DNA of 64,000 bases, taken from assembly GCA_964016885.1 (NCBI GenBank), contig OZ024741.1:196974001-197038000 (forward strand). Direction: 5' to 3'. The translations under genes and the position numbers were made by a program. Below the pieces are notes generated by a model that was given only the letters and a program-made list of their open reading frames with translations, was not told the origin of the DNA and made no database searches. This DNA comes from Eledone cirrhosa. Lineage: Eukaryota. Shown here in pieces: positions 46,711 to 61,810 of this stretch (positions within the stretch are counted from its first letter, which is position 1; every line of letters starts with the position of its first letter).

Positions 46711-47873
46711 ATCATCATCATCGTTTAATGTCCATCTTCCACGCTTGCATGGGTCTGGACGGGGAATTTTCCCGCTTGAGGCAAGATTGGTTGTCTTGCT
46801 CGCATAGGACTGTCTGGCAGGTTTTCTACAGTTGGATGCCCTTCCTAACACCAACCACGTTTACAGTGTGGACTGGGAATTTTTTACCGTGTTACCTACA
46901 TGGCCACATTACAGCGTGGACTGTGTATTTTTTTGTCGTGACACCTACACGAACTCATTTATTTCGGACTGGATGTTGTGGTACCAACATAACTTTACAT
47001 TGAATGTGGATGGGGTGGGGAGTAGTCGGATGGGGGTGTATTTTTGTTAGAGGTGCCTACTGACTGTAGGTTTTGCTTTGTACTTAGGCAAGGCGGGTCT
47101 TCTGTGTTACTGTGTAGCGACAAAGATCTCGGTCCAGTGACATTGTCTTGGAGAGGTGTAAGTGTGTGAGGTCGGAATTTATCAAGTCGTCCCAAGTTTT
47201 TCTGGGTCTGCCTACTCCGTGGCTACCGTCTATTTTTATAGCCCTGCACTTTTTTATACAGCTCTCGTCTTTCATGCTAATCACGTGACCGTACCAACGT
47301 AGTCTTCTTTCGAGTAAACACCATCTTATCTCTCTTATTCCTAATTTCTCCCTTAGTTCGTTTATGCTTTGCCGTTCACGTATATTACTATTACACATCC
47401 AGCGAGCATGCAAGCTTCGTTCCTCTCCAGTCTGCATATATCCTCTGCACACAATGCCAAGTCTCACTGCCATGTAACATTGCTGTTCGTATGCAGGCAT
47501 CATACAGCCTGCCTTTCATTTTTAGAGAGAACCCTTTAGCGGCCAATAGTGGTATAAGCTCTCTGAACTTTTTCCATCCTGTTCTGACTCTAGCTACTGT
47601 ACTTTCAGAGCACCCTCCACCACTGCTGATTTTGTCACCCAGGTAACGGAAAGTGTCCACTATTTCTATAGAACTATCTGTGCAATGGAAGGAGCTAGTA
47701 TTCTGTGTGCACTTGCTGCTACTTATTGCACCTGAGCACCGGCCACATATAAAATCTATATTCTTAGTTAGCTTACCTGTCATCCCACTACATCTTTTAT
47801 GCACCCATACTTTGCATTTGGGACATAAAATGGAGTTTCTGCCTACTCCTTTCCTACACACTGAGCATGGCCA
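46711..47873 (-). mobile_element. RTE family A 3' fragment
   Basis: [11 protein letters not shown]...FRYLG...QKTRLA*, 3' UTR and tail; tail-to-tail with 44160-45543. Confidence 0.92.
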
Positions 47874-47898
47874 TACATATATATATACATATATACAT

Positions 47899-47951
<53 letters not shown>

Positions 47952-48050
47952 CATACATATATACATATATATATATACATACATATATACATATATATAT
48001 ACATATATACATACATATATACATACATATATATATATATACATATATAT

Positions 48051-49345
48051 GGAATGACGTCAATAGAACTGAGACAGACGGAATCCCTGCTGGCCCTCAC
48101 ACACAGGCTGTTCATGGAACAAGCAGTACTCCTCCCAACAAGAGGCGAAAATGTCCTGGACCTCTGTTTTACAAACAACGAAGTGCTCATCCCAAATGTA
48201 AAGGTGACACCAACAATTCTCTCGGATCATAACTTAATAGAACTAATGATATGTGGTCCGAGAGAACCAACAGAGACAAAACCATCAAGAAGCACCGGGA
48301 CGTTATCCAGCCTTAACTTCTACAAGGCTAACTGGAAAAAGATTAAGAGAGAAATCCGGAATCAAACATGGAGCGAAAACACTGCCACACAAGACACCAA
48401 CACCCAATTTCAACACTTCATGACAACGATACACGCTATATGCAAAAAGTTTGTCCCAGAGAAAAAGGCAAACAATGATTGCAGTCAAACTTTCTCATGA
48501 AAATGAGAGGGCAAAGAAAGAAAGCAGGGCCATAGAAAATATTAAAACAAACCCAAAAGCCTTCTTTACATTTGCAAAAGAAACTGCCTTGGTACACTGC
48601 AAGATTGGGCCACTCTTCCATATGGACGGTTCATTAACCGAGAATCCCCAAGAGATATGTGAAATACATATCAAAAGAACAGTACAAAAGTGTGTTCACA
48701 TGTCCACTGAGGCACATGCAAATAAAGCCAGAGGAGTTCTTTGATTCCACAACACTACATGAAGACCATCAACCACATAGACATAACAGAGGAGGATGTG
48801 GTATACGCCATAGATGAAATTAGAACAGACTCAGCTGCTAGACCTGATGGATTCCCAGCAGTCCTCTTAAAAACATGTAAGCGGGCCTTAGCAACTCCAC
48901 TGAAGACGCTCTTCAGAAGCTCCTTGGCTAGCAGTATACTACCCAGGGAGCTGAAAGAAGGCACAATATGCCCTATCCATAAAGCAGGTAGCAGAGCAGA
49001 GGCCAAAAACTATAGGCCAGTCTCCCTGACGTCGCATATCAGTAAGGTCATGGAGCGAGTTGTCAGAAAGAAACTGATCACTTTCCTCGAGGAAAATGTC
49101 CGCCTGACTAGCACGCAACATGGCTTCCTCCCAGGAAGAAGCTGCCTTACACAGCTGCTACATCATTACGACTGGGTACTGAAACAACTGCTAGACAGCT
49201 CACATGTGGATGTGATATATCTTGACTTTGCGAAGGTCTTTGACAAGGTCGACCATGGAATGATATGTCACAAACTAAATGGACTCAGCATAACTGGAAT
49301 AGTAGGCGAGTGGCTGCATAACTTCTTAAACTAACAAAGTCAATC
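48051..49345 (+). mobile_element. Degraded CR1-clade LINE fragment (end of APE through RT motif A)
   Basis: [67 protein letters not shown]. Confidence 0.85.
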
Positions 49346-49524
49346 TGTGAACGCAGAAGTGAATATTTAAAAAAACGTTGCAACCTAAGAAAGACAGGAA
49401 GACGATAAATATTTGCTCTACGGTTCTTATATATTTGATATATATTCATCCTTATTGAGCTCTCTTTGGATTTTAGTCTTCAAATTTATTATTACTATAT
49501 ATATATAATATATATATATACAGT

Positions 49525-49868
49525 GGAGGCACATGGCTTAGTGGTTAGAGCATTGGCCTTGCAATCGAACAGTTGTGAGTTCAATTCTCTGACCTGGTGA
49601 TGTGTTGTTTCCTTGAGCAAGACACTTTATTTCACATTGCTCCAGTTTCCTCAGCTGTAGAAATGAGATGATAGAGACTGGGTTCCCTATCATTCCACTG
49701 TAAAGTGGTCATGGAGGTGCCACGGCAAAAAAGCACCCAGCACTCACTGTAAATGAGGTTGGTGTTAGGAAGGGCAGCCAGCTGTAGAAATCAAGCCAGA
49801 ATTTGTTCCCATCCCACCCTTGCAAGCAGGGAAAAGCGGACGTAAAATGAAATGATGATGATGATGAT
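49525..49868 (+). mobile_element. tRNA-derived SINE (same family as 43496)
   Basis: A/B boxes, body and (TGA)n tail. Confidence 0.88.
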
Positions 49869-49907
49869 CATCATCATTTCATTTTACGTCCACTATGTAT
49901 ATATATG

Positions 49908-49963
<56 letters not shown>

Positions 49964-50011
49964 TATGTATATGTATATATATGTATATGTATATATATAT
50001 GTATACGCCCA

Positions 50012-50062
<51 letters not shown>

Positions 50063-50378
50063 GCCCACTTTTCCCTGCTTGCAAGGGTGGGACGGGAACT
50101 GATTCTGGCTTGATTTCTACAGCTGGATGCCCTTCCTAACACCAACCTCATTTATAGAGAGTGCTGGGTGCTTTTTGCCGTGGCACCTCCACGACCACTT
50201 TACAGTGGAATGATATGGACCCCAGTCCCTATCATCTCATTTCTACAACTGAGTAAACTGGAGCAATGTGAAATAAAGTGTCTTGCTCAAGGAAACAACA
50301 CATCACCCGGTCTGAGAATTGAACTCACAACATTTCGATTGCAAGGCCAATGCTCTAACGACTAAGCCATGTGCCTCC
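49869..50378 (-). mobile_element. tRNA-derived SINE in inverted orientation, interrupted by microsatellite at about 49893-50070
   Basis: Reverse complement of the SINE consensus; tail at 49869-49892, body at 50071-50378. Confidence 0.88.
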
Positions 50379-50393
50379 ATATATATATATATT

Positions 50394-50427
<34 letters not shown>

Positions 50428-50429
<2 letters not shown>

Positions 50430-50720
50430 TCGTTTCTGAATTTGTTTAGCAAGATTCTTTATCTGAAATCGTGTGTTGAAACCGATATTGTTATACTTTG
50501 GGAGGGTCATGTTGCCAATAAGAAACACACGCACCAGTTGCTTTCACTTCAATTTATTATAATAAATTTATAAATTTCTGGTTGGTTGGTTGGTTCCACA
50601 ACCAGATAGTTGTTTATATATAGTCATAGTTCTTTCGTCACACACTCTGTGACCTCTTCAGTGACTGGGGATTCCTTTCTTTGTTTCTGTGCCTCTCCTT
50701 TGTTCTGTCCTACGCCATTT
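50428..50720 (-). mobile_element. Solo Penelope-like pLTR copy
   Basis: Matches 4543-4800 and the reverse complement of 3600-3915. Confidence 0.82.
50622..50665 (-). ncRNA. Minimal type I hammerhead ribozyme in pLTR
   Basis: Minus strand: agtca-CTGAAGA-g-gtcaca(gagtg)tgtgac-GAAA-gaac-TA-tgact. Confidence 0.85.
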
Positions 50721-50789
50721 GGTCATAATAATCGGGTCATAATGACGTAATGCAGACATATTATGAAGGTGTGACGTCATATCTATGTA

Positions 50790-51739
50790 TCTATCTAAAA
50801 AGAGAAAGACTAAGAGAAAGAGATCGCTAAATCGCCTAATGCGGTCCCTAGGGCATTGAAAATTTGAAATTTTTTTTGCTCAAAACACTTCTGGGATCAT
50901 ACGAGTTACATGTATAAAGTTTGAAAAAAATCGGTTGGGTACTTCTCGAGTTTTAGGGAAACAGACACACAGATATCCTCTGTTTTATATATATAGACTA
51001 GCAGAAAACCACCCGTGGGCGGTTTTCTGCTAGCAAATCTAGTGTATATACTGATATTGTTGAGATTTGGATGAGAAATATTGTCGGCACCACATGTTCA
51101 CCGTCTCTCGGTGTGTCTTTTATGCATGTATAAATATATATGTTATCTATACGGTGAAATATTTGAAAAAAATATATGTTAAAACGAAAAAGGAGAAAAA
51201 GAGATTAGTGACGGAAATATAAACGTTATGATACATAAACGTTATGATATAACGATGGAAATATATAAATGTTTACGATAAAACGATGGAAATAGAAACG
51301 TGTATATAATGATAAGCCGAAACACTCGTAAAGCGAAACGTATAAATAAAGATTAATGTAATGAATTTGAGAAGCATAGAGATTTGAAACCGCGTCTATT
51401 TGTTTCCTTGGCATTTTTTACAGATGGACAGACAGACAAACAAACAGAGAAATACCCATTATATATTATAAGTAGACTTGGCATGGTGTCAAGTCAGAAC
51501 CGCCTCGAACTGGTTACTTCTGGCTTGTGCAAGGTGTCTCTATAGCAACCAGCGATTCCCTCGGCCTCAGTGACCAAAGTCAGTGGAGAGGGGAAGGTAA
51601 TGTTTCTATAGCGACAGTGTTTCTCTTGGTAGTACCAAAGTGGAGAAAGGAAGGGGAAGATAATATTTCTGTAGCACCTACATTTGAGTTTTAGGGAAGG
51701 ACAGACAGACAGACAGACAGAGAAATGCCCATATATTTC

Positions 51740-51740
<1 letters not shown>
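50790..51740 (-). mobile_element. Cluster of probable non-autonomous Helitron-like elements
   Basis: Minus-strand 5' ends TCTATATATATAAAA (50997) and TCTACTTATAATATATAA (~51476) followed by (CTGT)n; hairpin ending in CTAG at 50998-51033. Confidence 0.5.
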
Positions 51741-51784
<44 letters not shown>

Positions 51785-51989
51785 CACACACAGAAATGTA
51801 TATATATTTCTGTGTGTGTATATATATATATATATTACACACACAGAAATGTATATATATTTCTTAGAACAAAATTATTATTAATGTTTTGCTGTTCATA
51901 ACAATTGGAATTGAAAAATTACTTTTGAAATTATTAGTTATTTTACTAATGCTTAGATATGTAAAAATGAAGCAATGTTTCTAATAATT

Positions 51990-52176
51990 GCTTCTACTTT
52001 TGGCACAAGGCCAGCAATTACCCAGTACATTACTGGTACTTTATTTTATCGACCCCGTGAGGATGAAAGGCAAAGTTAACCATGGCGGTATTTGAACTCA
52101 GACCGTAAAGGGACGTAACTCCATGCTGTGAAGCATGGTGTCCGACTCTCTACAGATTCTGCCAATCCACCGCCCT
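51990..52176 (-). mobile_element. Second tRNA-derived SINE family (Meta-SINE-like central domain)
   Basis: Minus strand: TGGCAGAAT A box, GAGTTCAAATACC B box, GCCTTTCATCCT..GGGGTCGATAAAAT.AAGTACCAG. Confidence 0.75.
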
Positions 52177-52445
52177 AATGTCTGTACGTAATGAGGGAGT
52201 GAGAGGGGAGAGAAACAAAAGCAGAGGTGAAGTGACGAAGTGACTCTCTCCTCCTCCATCTCCCCATTCGTCACAGCGATAGAGGGGAGGAATGTTAGTG
52301 TGTTACAAAGAGAAAGAGTGACAGAAACAGACAGACTAAAATAGAGGGATAGCTGGAGAGAGAGAGATAGCAACCACGCGCGCACGTGTTTCCACTGTCG
52401 GACAGAGAGACAGAGAAATTACTGGTTATATATTATAAGGAGATA
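52177..52445 (-). mobile_element. Possible Helitron-like non-autonomous fragment
   Basis: End cagagaaattactggttatatattataagga resembles the end at 51446-51476. Confidence 0.35.
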
Positions 52446-52451
52446 TACATA

Positions 52452-52605
52452 TCTTCATTCGTCGACTACTGTGAAGATGATGGATCTCACTCTCATGCCC
52501 CAGAATTCCCTGTCCCCCATCGCTGCCACCAGGTCCTGTCTAATGATTCCCGTATCCCTAGAGAGAACGTCAGGGAATCACAGCTTCCTACTCCTAGTCA
52601 GGCTA
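52452..52605 (-). mobile_element. RTE 3' coding remnant (related to family C)
   Basis: Minus-strand translation [27 protein letters not shown] resembles YVDALRTDTG...AAIMRDRDRW of 7237-7794. Confidence 0.65.
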
Positions 52606-53547
52606 CATATATATATACACATATATACACATATATACACATATATACACATATATATATATACACATATATATATATACACATATATATATATACACAT
52701 ATATATATATACACATATATGTATATACACATACATATATATACACATACATATATACACATATATATATACACATATATATATACACATATATATATAC
52801 ACATATATATATACACATATATATATACACATATATATATATATACACATATATATATATATACATATACATATATATACACATATATATATATACATAT
52901 ACATATATATATATACACATATATATATATATACATATATATATATACACATATATATATACACATATATATATATACATATACATATATATATATACAT
53001 ATATATATATACATATACATATATATATATACATATATATATATACATATATATACACATATATATATACATATATATATACACATATATATATACATAT
53101 ATATACACATATATATATATACATATATATATACATATATATATACATATATATACACATATATATATACATATATATATACACATATATATATACATAT
53201 ATATACACACATATATATATACATATATATATACATATATATATACATATATATATACATATATATATACATATATATATACATATATATACACATATAT
53301 ACACACATATATACATATATATACACATATATATATACATATATATACACATATATATATACATATATATACATATATATACACATATATATACACATAT
53401 ATATACACATATATATACACATATATATACACACATATATACACACATATATACACATATATATATACACATATATATACACATATATATATACACATAT
53501 ATATACACATATATATACACATATATACACATATATATATATACACA

Positions 53548-53601
<54 letters not shown>

Positions 53602-53678
53602 TATATACACATATATACACATATATATATATACACATATATACACATACACATATATACACATATACATATATACAC

Positions 53679-53711
<33 letters not shown>

Positions 53712-53739
53712 TATATATATATATACACATATATACACA

Positions 53740-53805
<66 letters not shown>

Positions 53806-54387
53806 TATATATATACACATATATATATATATACACATATATATATATATACACATATATATATATATATACACATATATATATATATACACATATATAT
53901 ATGTGTATATATATATATACACATATATATATATACACATATATATATATATATATACACATATATATATATATACACATATATATATATATACACATAT
54001 ATATATATACACATATATATATATACACATATATATATATACACATATATATATATATACACATATATATATATATACACATATATATATATATACACAT
54101 ATATATATATATACACATATATATATATATACACATATATATATATATATACACATATATATATATATACACATATATATATATATACACATATATATAT
54201 ATATATACACATATATATATATATATACACATATATATATATATATATACACATATATATATATATACACATATATATATATATACACGTATATATATAT
54301 ATACATATATATATATATACACATATATATATACACATATATATATATATACACATATATATATATACACATATATATATATACACG
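52606..54387. repeat. (TA)n/(TACA)n microsatellite
   Basis: Direct inspection. Confidence 0.97.
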
Positions 54388-57059
54388 TATTTTGTTAGAG
54401 ATGCCTACTGGCTGTAGTAGGTTTTACTATGTATTTAGGTAAGGCGGGTCTTCTCTGTTACTGAGTACCGCCAAAGGTCTCGGTCCAGTGACATTTTCTT
54501 GGAGAGGTGTAAGTGTGTGAGGTCGGAGTTTATCAGCTCGTCCCAGGTTTTTCTAGGTCTGCCTATTCCGTGGCTACCGTCTATCTTTATTGCCCTGCAC
54601 TTTGTTATACAGCTATCGACTTTCATGCGCATCACGTGTCCATACCAACGTAGCCTTCTCTCGAGTAAACAACATCTGATCCCTCTTATTTCTAATTTTT
54701 TCCTTAGTTCGTTTATGCTTTGCCGTTCACGTATATTACTGTTACACATCCAGCGGAGCATGCAAGCTTCGTTCCTCTCTAGTCTGCGTATATCCTCTGC
54801 ACACAATGCCCAGGTCTCACTGCCATGCAACATTGCTGTTCGTATGCAGGCATCGTACAACCTGCCTTTCATTTTTAGAGAGAACCCTTTAGCAGCTAAT
54901 AGTAGTATAAGCTCTCTGAACTTTTTCCAACCAGGTCTGACTCTAGCTACTGTACTTTCAGAGCACCCTCCCCCACTGCTGATTTTATCGCCCAGGTAAC
55001 GGAAGCTGTCCACTATTTCTATAGAACCCTCTGCGCAATTGAAAGAGCTAGTATTTTGTGGGCACTTGCTGCTACTTATTGCACCAGAGCACCGGCCACA
55101 TGTAAAATCTATGTTCTTAGTTAGCTTACCTGTGATCCCACTACATCTTTTATGCACCCATACTTTGCATTTAGGACATAAAATGGAATTTCTACCTACG
55201 CCTTTCCTACACACCGAGCACGACCATTTCCCAGAAGGGACCGCCGCCTTATTTTCTTTCCTACAAACTAGAACTTTAGTCTTAGCCAGGTTAATTTTAA
55301 GTCCTTTTGATTCTAGGCTGTGCTTCCATGTTTGGAATTTCTTCTCTAGCTCGGCCATTGATTCCGCTATGAGTCTCAGGTCGTCTGCGTATAGGAGTTC
55401 CCATGGGCAGCCGGTCTTGAACTCCTCTGTTATAGCCTGAAGGGCAATAATAAATAGTAGGGGGCTGAGAACAGAGCCCTGATGGACGCCAACTTTTATG
55501 CTAAACTCTTCACTATATTCGTTGTTAATTCTAACCTTGCTGACTGTTTCTTTATACATGGCTTGTATAGCTCTCACAAGCCATTCGTCAACGCCTAGTT
55601 TTCTAAGAGCCCACCAGATAATGGAGCGGGGGACTCTGTCGAAGGCTTTCTCCAAGTCGACAAAAGCTAAGTAGAGGGGTTTACCTTTAGCTAGGTACTT
55701 CTCCCGTAGTTGTCGTACAATGAAAAGAGCGTCTGTGGTACTTTTGCCTGACACAAACCCGAACTGCATTTCATCTAGGTCAATTCTCTCTCTGATTAGT
55801 TGTGCTATTACTTTTTCCGTGACCTTCATGACCTGGTTGATTAATTTAATGCCTCTATAGTTACTCCTATCTAGGGCGTCTCCTTTACCCTTATAACAGT
55901 TAATGATGATGCTGCTATGCCAGTCCTTCGGAACAACCCCATTCTGTACGACTTGGTTAACTATGCGGGTGACCATGGTGTGTCCCACCGTGCCAGATGC
56001 CTTCAGCATCTCAGCAACTATTTCCGAAGGCCCAGCCGCCTTACCCGTCTTCATATCCTTGATTGCCTTACTTATTATACTCCCCTCGACTAACACTGCT
56101 GGTCCCTCTATTGGGTCGATATGGGGGAGAATGTCTTTCTCCCATTTATTCTCCTCATTTAGTAGCCTTTCATAGTGACACTTCCAAGCTACCTTCTTAT
56201 CAGTGTCGGTGATGGCAAGTATACCATCATCGTTAAGTACACACTTCTCCCCGACAATATCACGGTTTTCCTTGACGCATTGCCTTGCAATCCTGAACAC
56301 CTCACGTTTTTGGTCCTCGCGTTGTAGAACATGCTTGAACTTTCTTTCCTCAGCTTCCCTTCTTGCTAAGTACACTTGTCTCCTAGCTTCCCTCCTAGCC
56401 ACTTGATAGTCTTCTCTACTTCCCCCATCCCGCCATACTTTCCAAGCCTGCTTTTTGGCCTTAATTGACCCCTCCACCTTACTGTTCCACCACCATGTTA
56501 CTCTCCTCCTGCCTACAGGCCTGCTCCAGCCACAGACTTCGTCTGTCGCCATCAGCAGGTTTGCTTTCAGAAATTCCCACTGTCCCTCTATATTGTCCGA
56601 CTCTCAATGTTCTTTCTTACTGTTGAAAGCATCAAGTAATATGCTTTGAAATTTATTTCTGGCTGTGGGGTCCTTTAGCTTCCATATTTTTCTCCTGAGG
56701 ATAGTCCTCTTCTGCTGTCGAGTACGTCTCGTCCTGACTATGAGGTCACTAACTATGAGTCTATGTTGGGAGGTGCATTCTTCATGGGGGAGGGATTTAG
56801 TGTTTACAACAGACACTCTGTCACGTCTTCTTGTAAGGATATAATCTACCTGGCTTGTGTGTTCCCCGGATCTATAGGTGATCAGGTGATTGTCACGTTT
56901 TTTGAAGTTAGTGTTACAGATAGTTAGGTTATTTGCATCACAGAATTCCAGGATTCTGGAGCCTTCCTCATTTCTAGTACCAAACCCATAGCCTCCGTGG
57001 ATTCTGTCATAGCCGTCACAATGTTGTCCAACATGACCATTTAGGTCACCTGCAACCAA
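54388..57059 (-). mobile_element. RTE family A LINE, 5'-truncated in APE; RT region intact
   Basis: ORF 56604-57059 (GDLNGHVG, QVDYIL) and 705-aa ORF 54435-56552 (all RT motifs, PHD-like finger); one frameshift near 56605. Confidence 0.95.
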
Positions 57060-57243
57060 ATTTCATTGCATTGCTGTCCCCTCCACGATATTCATGTAAC
57101 GTAATGTACATATTTTTCTTTCATCTCTACCTACACACTCCTATTTCGTATCAAGTCCAAATAGCCAGTCTATTGCTTAAACAATCTACATTTTTTTGTT
57201 ATCATTAATTGTTAGATACGAGAGTTTTTGTCGTATTGAACAG

Positions 57244-57245
<2 letters not shown>

Positions 57246-57283
<38 letters not shown>

Positions 57284-57314
57284 TATACACATATATATAT
57301 ATATACATATATAT

Positions 57315-57355
<41 letters not shown>

Positions 57356-57443
57356 TATACACATACATATATATACACATATACATATATATACACATAC
57401 ATATATATACACATATATATATATATATACATATATATACACA

Positions 57444-57475
<32 letters not shown>

Positions 57476-58598
57476 CATATATATACACATATATATATAT
57501 ATATATATACATATATATACACATATATATACACATATATATACATATATATACACACATATATATATATATATATACATATATATACACACATATATAT
57601 ACACACACATATATATATATATACATATATATACACACATATATATATATATACATATATACACACACATATATATATATATACATATATATACACATAT
57701 ATATATATATATATATACATATATATACACATATATATACACATATATATACATATATATACACACATATATATATATATATATACATATATATACACAC
57801 ATATATATACACACACATATATATATATATACATATATATACACACATATATATATATATACATATATACACACACATATATATATATATACATATATAC
57901 ACACATATATATATATATATATATACATATATACACACATATATATATATATATATATATACATATATACACACATATATATATATATACATATATACAC
58001 ACATATATATATATATATACATATATACACACATATATATATATATATATATATACATATATATACACACATATATATATATACACACATATATATATAT
58101 ATACATATATATACACACATATATATATATATACATATATATACACACATATATATATATACATATATATACACACATATATATATATACACACATATAT
58201 ATATATACATATATATACACACATATATATATATACATATATATACACACATATATATATATACATATATATACACACATATATATATATATACATATAT
58301 ATACACACATATATATATATATACATATATATACACACATATATATATATATACATATATATACACACATATATATATATATACATATATATACACACAT
58401 ATATATATATATACATATATATACACACATATATATATATATACATATAAATATACACACACATATATATATATATATATACATATATATACACACATAT
58501 ATATATATATACATATAAATATACACACACATATATATATATATATATACATATATATACACACATATATATATATATATATACATATATATACACAC

Positions 58599-58635
<37 letters not shown>

Positions 58636-59155
58636 CATATATATACACACATATATATATATATACATATATATACACACATATATATATATATACATAT
58701 ATATACACATATATATATATATATACATATATATACACATATATATATATATATACATATATATACACATATATATATATATATACATATATATACACAT
58801 ATATATATATATATACATATATACACATATATATATATATATACACATATATATATATATATACACATATATATACACACATATATATATATATACACAT
58901 ATATATATATACACATATATATATATATACACATATATATATATACACATATATATATATATACACATATATACACATATATATATATATATACACATAT
59001 ATACACATATATATATATATATACACATATATACACATTATATATATATATACACATATATACACATATATATATATATATACACATATATACACATATA
59101 TATATATATATATATATACATATATATACACATATATATATATATATATATACAC

Positions 59156-59188
<33 letters not shown>

Positions 59189-59705
59189 TATATATATATA
59201 CATATATATACATATATATACATATATATATATACATATATATACACATATATATATATATATATACACACATATATATACACACATATATACACACATA
59301 TATATATATATACATATATATACACACATATATATACACACATATATACACACATATATATATATATACATATATATACACACATATATATATATATACA
59401 TATATATACACACATATATATATATATACATATATATACACACATATATATATATATACATATATATACACACATATATATATATATACATATATATACA
59501 CACATATATATATATATACATATATATACACACATATATATATATATACATATATATACACACATATATATATATATACATATATATACACATATATATA
59601 TATATATACATATATATACACATATATATATATATATACACATATATATACACATATATATATATATATACACATATATATACACATATATATATATATA
59701 TACAC

Positions 59706-59736
<31 letters not shown>

Positions 59737-60162
59737 TATATATATATACACATATATATATATACACATATATATATATACACATATATATATATATATA
59801 CACATATATACACATATATATATATATATACACATATATACACATATATATATATATATACACATATATACACATATATATATATATATACATATATATA
59901 CACATATATATATATATATATACACATATATATATATATATACATATATATACACATATATATATATATATACATATATATACACATATATATATATATA
60001 TACATATATATACACATATATATATATATATACATATATATACACGTATATATATATATATACATATATATACACATATATATATATATATACATATATA
60101 TACACATATATATATATATATATATATACATATATATACACATATATATATATATATACATA
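57246..60162. repeat. (TA)n/(TACA)n microsatellite with ~30-bp higher-order units
   Basis: Direct inspection. Confidence 0.97.
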
Positions 60163-60197
60163 ATATAAGATCAAAAGATGGTTAAAGGAGTTCCATG

Positions 60198-60268
60198 TAT
60201 TTTATTATGCGCATTTCAAAAACAAACATCATCATGCAATAATATTTGTGTTTTCATCAGATAAAACA
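60198..60268 (-). ncRNA. Type I hammerhead ribozyme in a small unique islet
   Basis: Minus strand: tgttttat-CTGATGA-aaacacaaatattatt(gcat)gatgatgtttgttttt-GAAA-tgcgca-TA-ataaaata; predicted cleavage between 60206 and 60205. Confidence 0.88.
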
Positions 60269-60304
60269 GGAGAACATGATATGAAGGCTAAAAAACACTT
60301 GTGG

Positions 60305-60350
60305 ATAGTGCAGTTTTAAATCAACATATGTTGATTTAAAACTGCACTAT
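60305..60350. repeat. Perfect 46-bp palindrome
   Basis: atagtgcagttttaaatcaacat|atgttgatttaaaactgcactat. Confidence 0.95.
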
Positions 60351-60388
60351 ATACATATATATATATATACATACATATATATATATAC

Positions 60389-60451
<63 letters not shown>

Positions 60452-60516
60452 CATATATATATATACACATATATATATATATACATATATATATATACAC
60501 ATATATATATATACAC

Positions 60517-60597
<81 letters not shown>

Positions 60598-60746
60598 CAT
60601 ATATATATATACATATATATATATATACATATATATATATACATATACATATATATATATACACATATATATATATACACATATACATATATATATATAC
60701 ACATATACATATATATATACATATACATATATATATATACATATAC

Positions 60747-60789
<43 letters not shown>

Positions 60790-60814
60790 TACATATATAT
60801 ATATACATATACAT

Positions 60815-61272
60815 ATGGTGGTGGCTGCCAACTCATTTTCGAGTACGGCCACTACTTTATATCAATGTAGGAGAACCCCTACCGATGCACTGAACGAGTG
60901 TGACTTTTTAGTCCAGCCAGCGACTTGAAAACTCTGGTACAAACACTAAACCTGTGACAATTATTGACACATAGTGCTGGGCCCATGGTACCATGTGACG
61001 ACAAGTGCAGAGAGATCTCCAGATATAAAGCAATGCCTGTGCCGTGAAGCTTTTATAGTGAGCAAAGGCACTGCACAAAGCCAGTCCCACTCTCTTAACC
61101 AAGATGATATTTACCAAAAAGAAGAACAAGTCAACACCATTGGATACCATCAGGGTTGCAGGTGTTATATCAGAGTTTTCCTTCTCCTAGAATTCTGCCT
61201 TGACAAAGGCTAAGGGGTCATCTCTCCCGGTGATTTTGGATGGCCATTGACTCTTAAGAGCTCCTTTGCCCT
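60815..61272 (-). mobile_element. RTE family D 3' end with degenerate C2H2 finger and (CCA)n tail
   Basis: Minus-strand translation ...[21 protein letters not shown]; tail shared with 27525-27600. The 5' boundary is uncertain. Confidence 0.65.
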
Positions 61273-61810
61273 TACATATATACATATATATATATACATA
61301 TACATATATACATATATATATATACATATATATATACATATATATATACATATATATATACATATATATATACATACATATATACATATACATATATAAA
61401 TACATATACATACATATATACATATACATACATATACACATATATATATACATACATATACACATATACATATATATATACATACATATACACATATACA
61501 TATATATATACGTATATACATATACACATATACATATATATATATATACGTATATACATATATATATACGTATATACATATATATATACATATACACATA
61601 TACATATACACATATATATACATATACATATACATATACATATATATATACATATATATATATACACATATACATATACATATACATATATATATACATA
61701 TACATATATATATACATATACATATATATATACATATACATATATATATACATATATATATACATATATATATACATATATATATACATATACATATATA
61801 TATACATATA

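Noticed and set aside
51731-51862. Twice-repeated small palindrome (tttctgtgtgtg...cacacacagaaa)
   Set aside because: Built mostly from TG/TA/CA repeats; likely local fold-back slippage with no further signal.
57246-60162. CRISPR-like periodicity in arrays
   Set aside because: No unique spacers; these are higher-order microsatellite units in eukaryotic DNA.
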